Assembly: GCA_965178125.1 (NCBI GenBank)
Contig: OZ237762.1
Coordinates: 744,001-808,000, forward strand
Direction of reading: 5' to 3'
Source: Bilabrum cf. latius
Lineage: Eukaryota
Length of the DNA stretch: 64,000 nt
This document shows positions 39,990-50,041 of this stretch, piece after piece (positions within the stretch are counted from its first letter, which is position 1; each line of letters opens with the position of its first letter). The translations under genes were made by a program, and so were the position numbers. The notes under the pieces are model-generated. The model was not told the DNA's origin and did not search any database. It worked only from the letters and a program-made list of their open reading frames with translations.

Positions 39990-41608
39990 TCACATGAACG
40001 TATCGTCTTCATCCTCGTCTTCATCATCGTCTGCCTCTTCATCTGTGTCATGTCCTTCATCTTCGCTGCCGGATTCGATTGCATCATCGTCAAAGCCAAC
40101 TTCCATAGCTGCAGCACCGCCTCGTGCAACTGGATCTTCATCCAGTTCGATATCGGCATCCTCATCGCTGGTATCGCCCTCCTCATCATAGCTTCGAATC
40201 AAGTCATCTAGCATCCGTACAGCTTCACTATCTTCACCAGCAGCTGCTTCTCCGAGTGCAATGGCGTCTTCCAACTCAACTTCGTTCAAGGTGTCAGGCA
40301 CAGCAATGTCGAGAGACCCCTCGGCTGCCTTGGTCTCGTCTTCCTCTGCTTCTTGCCGGATGTGCGCTGCCGTACTTTCAACTTTCTTTTTCTTAGCAGG
40401 TAGCTTGAGGAGTTCCTTCGCAATGTGCGGTATTGCACCAGGTGCAAGGCCAGCCTCTGCTGTCCATGCTCGGACCCACTGCGCGAGCAAGTGCTTGTTG
40501 CACCGCATCAGCAAAAGCCGCTCCACCGTGATGATTTTACGAGCCCCATACCTTGCACCATCCGATACGTACGCAAGAATAGAAAACATCCTTTCAACTT
40601 CGCTAGACACATGCAGAAGGGCTGCAATGTCACACATGGCCTGAAGGAAGTACTGCACCTGCGGTCTCTCCGGCTCACCTACAGACTGCAGGAAGGTGAA
40701 AACTTCTGCCCTCAGTCTCCTCCATGCAGAGCCCACAAAGTCAGTGTTGTCGAATGAAAGGCCCTCTTCGACCATAAGGCGAAGCACAATCGAATGAGTC
40801 CATGGCACCCCTAGGCTCGCCAACCCCTGAAAATCGCAGTTGCTTGGGATCTTTGGCGCAAACATTCAACACGTGCTTAATTCCACCTGGTGTGTACACA
40901 AGTGGTTCCCGTACAGTGGTGCTGCCGTCTCGCACCAGGCCAGGGTGCAGAAGCAAAACTTGCCCTCGTGACTCTGCCACAACTCGGAGCAGCTCTGATG
41001 CTTTAAAGAGCACACTTCGTTTCCCTCGCTTCTTACTCATGTCTGCATTGTGCCGGCCGAACAGGTTCTCGATTCCTAAGGCGGCCGATGCCTGGTCTTC
41101 ACAGAGAATATCAACCACGGTAGGCATTGCCACTGTTTCTTCATGCGCCTTCTTGACCATCAGGTGCGGATAGTCCGTTTCTTTGTACCACAATGGAATC
41201 ATGTGTTGTGCTGAGTTCGAAAGGGCTGCCAGAAGTCTATCGTAGCTGAGCTGCTGCCTGCCACTAACAACCAGTTTGAATGCATCGTGGATGCTCTTGT
41301 CGGATAGAAGCCCGTGGAAGTCGGTTGTTCTCCTAAACTTGTCTATTTGGCGCTATTTTGCTTTTATTTCGGCAGCTTTCCGTTTCAGTGATGGCATATG
41401 TACGGAATATTGTGTCGAGATAGGTCCGCGATTCCCCGAGGTATGCTTGGAGATCACTGATGGCATGATGTGTGAGCAGTGCCCCTGGCAGCCACATTTT
41501 CGTGTGCTCACATCTGAGGCCAGTTTCGCGTAGATCTTGGGCAGTTCTAATTTTTGGGAAATTTTGAGAGCTGTACGGCAAATATTCTCGGAGAAAAGAA
41601 TTGGACAC
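39990..41608 (-). pseudogene. hAT transposase remnant (frameshifted, N-terminally deleted)
   Basis: C-terminal dimerisation motif SSEVERMFS...R...VERLLLMRCN plus an acidic tail. Pieces lie in different frames (39990..40865 and 40741..41202). Confidence 0.7.
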
Positions 41609-42313
41609 CGGATTGTGTCCTAATGGGGCATCTCAGTTGGTGAGGCCAGCAAGGTCTCTGAGATTGAGGTCGCGCGGTGGGCGCAGGACCCGCTCGAGGT
41701 GCAGGAGCAGATGCGACGTAGCGATGCGGAGGAGTGAGAAAGATGCGACGTAGCGAAGCGGAGGAGTGAGAGAGAGAGAGAAAGCGGCTAGGGATGCAGA
41801 CTAGGAGCGGCGGCGACGCGGGGTGGGCGACGGATGGAGAGGGGAGTGGTGTGGGTGGAGCAGAAGGAGAGGGCGAGGGATGGGGGGGTGGTGGGGGGCG
41901 GAGCAGAAGGAGAGGGCGAGGGGTGGGGGGGGGGGGGGTCGGGGTGGGGGCAGAGCAGAGAGAGAGAGGGCGAGGGATGGGGGAGGGGGGGGGTTAGAGA
42001 GAGAAGGCGATAGATGGGCGGGGGGGGCAAAGCAGGGAGGAGGGGGGGGGGCGGCGGTTCACCAAGTGGGGAGGAAGAAGTGGAGGAGAAGATGAGTGGT
42101 GGGGTCATCGGGTTGATACGGCGGATAGAAAGGGGGGAGGCACAGGCCGGGTAGGTGGGGGTTTGGGCATGTGGGGGACGGGTGACTCGGATCAGGGGGA
42201 TCGGATCACCCGACCACGTGCGGATGTGGAAGTTGAGAGGTCACAATTAGACTCGAGCGGCAATCAAGCCGCGTGCTATTCGGGCGCTGAGAGGCAGCGC
42301 TCGCCAGTTTTCT

Positions 42314-42882
42314 ACAACGAGGTTGTTCCCGTGGCACTGATTGGGTGGCAGCGGTACAAGTCGCGGGTGCTCGGCGGCAACCCCGAGCAGCGCCCGCCAG
42401 CGGTCATTCCATGCTTGCCGGATGGATTCGAGGAGTTGTGCCCGTATCGGTGGCTGAAGTGGTGGGTATCAGTTCGGTAGCCAACACAAGGGCAGCGCGG
42501 GGAAGTATTCGCCTCTCGAACACGGGCTGCGCACAGTGCCACGCTGCAGTGGATAACAGCGCAAGGGATTCCTGTGCACCGCAAGGGGGAGGGTGTGTAC
42601 GCCTTCAAGAGTGCGGGAGTGTCAGCATTGCGCCAGACGGACCCAACCAAGGACGAGAAGTACGTGCACGGCCAGGCTGGGTGGTCTCTGCCCAACATGC
42701 CAGCGGTGTATGATCGTTACTCATTGATGGAAGCGGCAAGGGTTACGAGGAGTGGGATTCTTCGGGCGATGGTGGGAGCTGGCTCCATCCCAGAACTTCT
42801 GAAGATTTGGGAATCCCAACGCAGGGAGCTTCACCGGAGCCCAGTAAGCAGTGGTGGGGGTGAACGGGATTCAGGGCTCTAA
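42314..42882 (+). pseudogene. C-terminal half of a DIRS/Ngaro-type tyrosine recombinase
   Basis: ORFs 42163..42480 and 42574..42882 join through a TAG: RYKSR...LCPYRWL...VF...GVYAFKSAG...QAGWS...PAVY. Ends at TAA. Confidence 0.65.
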
Positions 42883-42890
42883 CTGGGCCA

Positions 42891-45223
42891 GTGGGTGTTC
42901 CTTGCGGCGTTCGATGGGCGAACAGCCAAAAGGGGGGCCCAGTGTAGATCCCGTGGCCAGTGGCAGGTAGTCCCCATAGCGGCTTGAAAGGTCCGTGCCG
43001 CCTGCCCAGTGCCCGGGGAAGCACCAGCCAAAACCAAAGCGCCACGGAAGGAGGAGATTACGAGGAGCAGGTACTAGGTACGAGAGTGGAAGCTGAGGGC
43101 AGGACAAAGCGGCCAGCCGGGCCTAGGCGGCACGGAGACGGCCGTGCTAGCGACAGACGAGTGGGCGACGGTGGGTAGCGGCGCACGAGTGGCGCGTGGC
43201 GGGAGAGGGAGAGTGCTGGGGGAGCGAAGCATTGAGCGGTTGATCGACAGATCCACATTACCAACCATCATGATTCAATGGCACCCCTACTGACGAATAC
43301 AGAGCATCCATGTACAGTGATGTTTGGGCCGATAGTGGTATACTGATCGGATCAATTCCGAGTACGAGCTGAGCGAGACCAGCGCTCTCACTTAGGGGAA
43401 TTCAGAAGAAGATAAAGGAAATAATTTTTACTTTTATAGAATTGTTTCTTGTCTTGTTGGCCCCATTTCCTTCGGATATGGACGGGGCGGCATCGCGGCG
43501 GAGGCCGGGAGGTGAGGGGGGACCAGTAGTTGGCGGACAACAGACGGGCCTACAGCTGAAGGGAGGGGTGCCAGGCGGATAAGGTTTACTCAGCGAGACA
43601 GGGCGTCTTAGGGGCGGGTAAGTGTGTGTGTGTCACTGCTGCCCGGTAGTGTGTGTAATATTCTCTTGGGAGGGGGGCGGAGGCAGACCGCTCCTCCTCC
43701 CTCCGCACTCAGTACCAGCATGAACCAGCCCTCTTTTCTGTTCATGTGGACCCCCTGACAACGGGGGGACCACGTGGCACCCACGCAGGATGGCGACGCA
43801 GATTCGGAGGGTACCAACACTCATACCTAGCTACCAACATTTAAGCGTTGCGGAGGGCAACGGAACGGGGCCAGGGAAGCTGCGTGCGTCTAGCCATCTA
43901 GAACACGTGGACGAACTGGTGGTGGCCTTTGCCACCATCCCATTTCACCAACCAGATGAGACTCCGTGGTCGCATCTGGTGCCGATGGCCACTGTTAGCA
44001 GGACCGTTGGTGGGTGGCTTGGGGGGCCAGGGACTTGGCTGAGTCAAGTAGGCGTGGGAGTAGGGGTGGGTGCGGTCAGTATGAGGTCCGTGCCTCATGT
44101 TGATCGCTGTAAATCCGGCTATAGGTCGGAAGCAACCCACCCTCCCGGTTGCAACAGTGGGGACGGGTGTGAGGTGGCCACGCGTGAGGTGGTCATGAGA
44201 CTGGGGGCAGAGGTGTGGTCCGTGCCGTAAAATCCCCCATGTGGAGCACCTCTGTTTTTCTGGAAGCACAAAGAACCGCGTTGCGGGCCCAGGAAACTTC
44301 TGTCCTTTGGATGGCTCCGTGGCCGAAGGGGGACAGAGTGACCTGCACAGCCGAGAGGAGAGCCTGAATCTCGGATCGACCCTGGGACAGTCGCACCGGC
44401 GACACCCACTGAGAGAGCGAGGCGAGATCCTGCACAGCGTACGCTGCAGTGGAGGACCACTGTGGTGCTGCAAGAGGCACGGCAACGTGCGGACAGCAGC
44501 CGGACCCCGTATCCTCACAGAGGGTAAGGCAACGGGAGCCTGAATAGGAGCGGACCGGGTGACGACTGTGCTGGGGCTGCGGTGAGCATACAGGACCGTG
44601 TCGAGCGTGGGGGGCTGGGCGGGATGTGCGAGCGGTGATGCCCTAACTCGATCGAGTTCAAGATTTTTTCTTCTTTTTGCGTGGTGGCGTCCCCTAGGTC
44701 GGGGCGGCGTGGGTGTTCCTTGCGGCGTTCGATGGACGAACAGCCAAAAGGGGGGCCCAGTGTAGATCCCGTGGCCAGTGGCAGGTAGTCCCCATAGCGG
44801 CTTGAAAGGTCCGTGCCGCCTGCCCAGTGCCCGGGGAAGCACCAGCCAAAACCAAAGCGCCACGGAAGGAGGAGATTACGAGGAGCAGGTACTAGGTACG
44901 AGAGTGGAAGCTGAGGGCAGGACAAAGCGGCCAGCCGGGCCTAGGCGGCACGGAGACGGCCGTGCTAGCGACAGACGAGTGGGCGACGGTGGGTAGCGGC
45001 GCACGAGTGGCGCGTGGCGGGAGAGGGAGAGTGCTGGGGGAGCGAAGCATTGAGCGGTTGATCGACAGATCCACATTACCAACCATCATGATTCAATGGC
45101 ACCCCTACTGACGAATACAGAGCATCCATGTACAGTGATGTTTGGGCCGATAGTGGTATACTGATCGGATCAATTCCGAGTACGAGCTGAGCGAGACCAG
45201 CGCTCTCACTTAGGGGAATTCAG
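42891..45223 (+). repeat. 515-bp direct repeats (42891-43405, 44709-45223) around a 1.3-kb spacer: B1-A2-B2 end of a nested Ngaro-type element
   Basis: Near-identical repeats starting 8 nt after the YR stop. Both end GAATTCAG. Confidence 0.75.
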
Positions 45224-46348
45224 CGGCAGGTGGCGACTGCGGGGGGGTCGGGTGTGACGCCAGTGGCTACTGGGGCGGGTCTCTAGGGGTCGGGGCCGGC
45301 GGGCTGGGTCTGCACCGTGGCGCCTCTCATGTCGGCTTTGGATGTCATGGAGACATCGCACTCGTCACACCCCGGTGCGCGCCGTATCTGCCCTGTGCCT
45401 GGCCCCCGTCCTGCTGTCACGGCTGTTCCCCTGGCTTCTTCCTCGGATTGGTCCCTGCAGGGCTTCACGGCGGATGAGTCTGAGGTTCCGCAAGTGACGG
45501 GGGCCGGGGTGAAGGAGGTGTTTCGGGGGTTCATGCAGGCGGGGTTGGAGGTCGATGGGCGGGCGGTGCTCGGGGAGCAGGCCTTGGACGTGAGCATGGC
45601 GCTCAGTGCTACTCTCCTGGGGGAGTGTGTGGGGGCCACGGGTGGCGCCGCTGGGGCTGTGCATGGCATGACGTCGGGCAAGCAGGTCTGGGTCAATCTT
45701 GTGCGGGCGTGTCGGGCCCTGGTCAAGGAGGCCCCCCCCCATGCCTAGTTGCATCTGCTGGGGGGCGACCAGCTGGCGCCTTGGTTGGCGGTGTCGGTGT
45801 TGCATCGGACGAGTCAGTGGGCGGGGGTGCTGCGGGCTGGCGCGGTGTTCAAGGCCAGCGGTATCGATCTGCGCCGGCTGACCGACGCCTTGCGGGGCCG
45901 GCTGCACCGTGATTCGCGGGCAGGTAATCGTGCCCAGGCGTGGGCAGGGTTGGTGGCCTTGTATGGCTCCCGGGGGGGCGAGGGGGCCTCGCAGGCGGCT
46001 GCCTCGGCCATGTTCTCGCTCGCTTGGGATGCCATCCGGACCGAGGCGCTGTCCGCCTGCCCGACCTCGATGGCCAACGTCCGCCGTCTTGGTGGTGGCT
46101 GGGTCCGCGTGTTCGAAGAGTGGGAGTCCGGCTCTCCTTCTCCTTCCTCCGGCTTGGCGATGGCCTCGATCTGCCGGCTGGTGTTCCCTTCGTGGGGTCT
46201 GCATGGGGCGGACACCGTGCAGGCAGCTGGTGATGCCGGGGTTCTCGGCGACGTGGCAGTTCGGATGCGCACGGAGGCATCGTGGCGCGACTCGGAGTCG
46301 ACATGCCGGTGGGACGCGCTGTTCCCTGGGTCCCCTTCCCATACCTAA
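45224..46348 (+). CDS. 5'-truncated ORF of unknown function inside the SDR element (about 370 aa)
   Basis: ORFs 45317..45748 and 45749..46348 are contiguous through a TAG. The frame stays open up to the nested element's end and stops at TAA. No recognisable motif. Confidence 0.4.
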
Positions 46349-48284
46349 TCGGTTGGGGGTCCAGGGGCTGACGGGATGACGCAGGTCTCGTGTTCCTGGC
46401 CCCCGCGTGTGTCTCTGTCTCTCCGGGTGGGAGGCGGCGCGCTTGTCGGTGGGAAAGGGCGAGGGCTCGGTACGGGGGCCTGCGCATTCACAGGGTAGGG
46501 CTCTGTTTCGGTCTGAGTCGACAGGCCGGGCAGGGCAGGCAGGGGTGCAGATACATTCTTGGTAGTAGGTTGGTAGGCCAGCGCGTGCAGGGGCACGGCT
46601 GCAGAAGGTTACTTCGGGCGGATAGGCAGGAAGGTCGGCCACACTCGCGAGTGGTGCGGCATCGGGTGCAGAGACGACTCGGAGTGGGCGGCAGGCGTCG
46701 TCCTGGCGTTCTCATTCCGGTGGGAGGGAGCGGTGTGTTTCAGGTGCAGGGCCGGGTGCGGGCTCTGCGGGTGGTCGTACGTCGGGCCTCTATGCGGAGG
46801 GGCGCGGCGGGGGTGGGCGAGGTGGCCTCGAGGGCGGGATGGGTTAGGACCCGTTCCTCGGGGCTGCTTCGTGGCGGTGTGGTGAGATTGGGCGGGATGT
46901 TGTTCGTGCTCGTGCGGTTGGTCGCTCTGGTGCTACTGGTTGTGGGCGGTTGGTTGCTGGTGGGGCGGCTGGTGTTGATGCTGGTGCTGGTGCTCGGGCT
47001 TGTGCTTGTGCTGGTGCTGGTGCTGGTCTTGATGCTAGTGCTGGTGCTGGTGCTGGTACGGCTGCTGGTGCTGGTGCTGGTGCTGGTGCTGGTGGTGGTG
47101 CTGGTGCTGGTGCTGGTGCTGGTGCTGGTGCTGGTGCTGGTGCTAGTGCTAGGGCTGGTGCTGGTGCTGGTGCTGGTCTTGATGCTAGTGCTGGTGCTGG
47201 TGCTGGTACGGCTGCTGGTGCTGGTGCTGGTGCTGGTGCTGGTGGTGGTGCTGGTGCTGGTGCTAGTTTTGGTGCTGGTGCTGGTGCTGGTGCTGGTGCT
47301 GGTGCTAGTGCTAGGGCTGGTGCTGGTGCTGGTGCTGGTCTTGATGCTAGTGCTGGTGCTGGTGCTGGTACGGCTGCTGGTGCTGGTGCTGGTGCTGGTG
47401 CTGGTGGTGGTGCTGGTGCTGGTCTTGATGCTGGTGCTGGTCTTGATGCTAGTGCTAGTGCTGGTGCTGGGCTGGTGTTGGTGCTGGTGCTGGTGCTGGT
47501 ACTGGTGCTGGTGCTAGTTTTGGTGCTGGTGCTGGTGCTGGTGCTGGTGGTGATGCTGGTGCTGGTGCTGGTGCTGGAGCTGTTGCTGTTGCTGTTGCTG
47601 GTGATGGTGCTGCTGCGCGCTGTTCCCTGGGTCCCCTTCCCATACCTAATCGGTTGGGGGTCCAGGGGCTGACGGGATGACGCAGGTCTCGTGTTCCTGG
47701 CCCCCCGCGTGTGTCTCTGTCTCTCCGGGTGGGAGGCGGCGCGCTTGTTCGGTGGGAAAGGGCGAGGGCTCGGTACGGGGGCCTGCGCATTCACAGGGTA
47801 GGGCTCTGTTTCGGTCTGAGTCGACAGGCCGGGCAGGGCAGGCAGGGGTGCAGATACATTCTTGGTAGTAGGTTGGTAGGCCAGCGCGTGCAGGGGCACG
47901 GCTGCAGAAGGTTACTTCGGGCGGATAGGCAGGAAGGTCGGCCACACTCGCGAGTGGTGCGGCATCGGGTGCAGAGACGACTCGGAGTGGGCGGCAGGCG
48001 TCGTCCTGGCGTTCTCATTCCGGTGGGAGGGAGCGGTGTGTTTCAGGTGCAGGGCCGGGTGCGGGCTCTGCGGGTGGTCGTACGTCGGGCCTCTATGCGG
48101 AGGGGCGCGGCGGGGGTGGGCGAGGTGGCCTCGGGGGCGGGATGGGTTAGGACCCGTTCCTCGGGGCTGCTTCGTGGCGGTGTGGTGAGATTGGGCGGGA
48201 TGGCGTTCGTGCTCGTGCGGTTGGTCGCTCTGGTGCTACTGGTTGTGGGCGGTTGGTTGCTGGTGGGGCGGCTGGTGTTGATGC
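46315..48284. repeat. About 668-bp direct repeats (46315-46982, 47616-48284) flanking a (GGTGCT)n array
   Basis: Read directly. The hexamer array at 46983-47615 has higher-order units of about 150-160 bp. Confidence 0.9.
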
Positions 48285-50041
48285 TTGTAATGGGCTCCGG
48301 ATGCTTCCGGGGGCGGCAGGTGCGGTGTGCGTGCTCTTGCGGTCTGGGACTCCGGTGTTGATGCGGCCGGGCACTTAGACGCTTCTGCTGCTGTGGGCGA
48401 CGTGTCGCGCTCGTGCTGTCGGGGTCTCTGGCGCTGCGGATCTCCATGGTGCCGTGGGGTGGGGCTGTTGGGGCGGATGGGATGACACGGGTTTCGGGTC
48501 CTTGCCCTTTCCCCCCTCCCCCCCCCCCCCCCCCCCGAGTGTGGTGCTGTGGTGGGCCAGTGCGGGCGGGGGCCCGACGGCAGCTGGTTCATTTGGGCGG
48601 CTCGTCAGGTCGGCCGTGGGGCGTTTGGATGCTGGCGGGGCTTCGTGGTACGCCGGCCTCGTCTCTGCATGCATCGGCGGCTGAGCTCCTGGCGTAGTCG
48701 CAGCTGGTGGCTGGGACAGACCCCATGCCGTATGGGCGGACTTGCGGTGTGTGCGGGCCAGCTTCCCGCCGCTGCGGGATCCGTTTAACCCAGTTCCAAC
48801 TCCTGCTGGCGGCTGCACTCCACTGCTCCGTCTCAACCAAGTAACTGGAAGAACTTGGTAACTTTGAGGATGGGCTCTCGGAGGAAACCAACTACAACCA
48901 TGTGTGACTGTCTGCGAGATTAGGGTGCTGTGTACAACGTGTGATCTCAGTTGGTGAGGCCAGCAAGGTCTCTGAGATTGAGGTCGCGCGGTGGGCGCAG
49001 GACCCGCTCGAGGTGCAGGAGCAGATGCGACGTAGCGATGCGGAGGAGTGAGAAAGATGCGACGTAGCGAAGCGGAGGAGTGAGAGAGAGAGAGAAAGCG
49101 GCTAGGGATGCAGACTAGGAGCGGCGGCGACGCGGGGTGGGCGACGGATGGAGAGGGGAGTGGTGTGGGTGGAGCAGAAGGAGAGGGCGAGGGATGGGGG
49201 GGGGGTGGGGGGCGGAGCAGAAGGAGAGGGCGAGGGGTGGGGGGGGGGGGGTCGGGGTGGGGGCAGAGCAGAGAGAGAGAGGGCGAGGGATGGGGGAGGG
49301 GGGGGGTTAGAGAGAGAAGGCGATAGATGGGCGGGGGGGGCAAAGCAGGGAGGAGGGGGGGGGGCGGCGGTTCACCAAGTGGGGAGGAAGAAGTGGAGGA
49401 GAAGATGAGTGGTGGGGTCATCGGGTTGATACGGCGGATAGAAAGGGGGGAGGCACAGGCCGGGTAGGTGGGGGTTTGGGCATGTGGGGGACGGGTGACT
49501 CGGATCAGGGGGATCGGATCACCCGACCACGTGCGGATGTGGAAGTTGAGAGGTCACAATTAGACTCGAGCGGCAATCAAGCCGCGTGCTATTCGGGCGC
49601 TGAGAGGCAGCGCTCGCCAGTTTTCTTTTTGGTAACTTTGAGGATGGGCTTTTGGAGGAAACCAACTACAACCATGTGTGACTGTCTGCGAGATTAGGGT
49701 GCTGTGTACAACGTGTGATCTCAGCGTCGCATGTCCTAACTCGATTTTGGACACCAGTCTTCGACAGGTCTGACTGATTCAGCAATGCCTTATACTAAGC
49801 TTAATCCCCCCCGGATCTGCAGAACACGCACGTAAGGTTTCGCTAAATTAATGTCCCACTAAACAGACTGCCACAAAGAACCCCAGGTGTGGATCCTATT
49901 AAATGGATTGGCAGGTCGCACCACGACCATCGGATCTGGAACGTTGGTCGGCCCCGATCTGTGAACTAGATCTAGGCAGGTCTTCACAATGGACGCAGTG
50001 AAGCTCGTACTACAGGTCTTAACCTTCAAATCTGGCACAAG

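Larger units (their letters stand above)
41637..49724 (+). mobile_element. Split-direct-repeat (A1...B1-A2-B2) Ngaro/PAT-type element, non-autonomous or composite
   Basis: A1 41637-42313 matches A2 48951-49628. B1 48855-48950 matches B2 49629-49724. ATCTCAG occurs at the left flank (41630-41636), at the B1/A2 junction and at the right end. Confidence 0.8.
39763..49772 (-). mobile_element. Degenerate hAT-family DNA transposon, interrupted by an 8.1-kb insertion at 41637-49724
   Basis: Imperfect TIRs CAGACATGTC (39763) and GACAGGTCTG (49763-49772). Subterminal TGTCC/GGACA motifs at 39789-39843, 41603-41624 and 49732-49754. No clean 8-bp TSD. Confidence 0.65.

Noticed and set aside
46390-47517. 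375-aa poly-LV 'membrane protein' ORF
   Set aside because: It is an alternative-frame translation of the hexamer satellite.
41637-49628. A1/A2 as LTRs of a conventional LTR retrotransposon
   Set aside because: No TG...CA ends, PBS or integrase. The B1-A2-B2 arrangement fits split direct repeats better.
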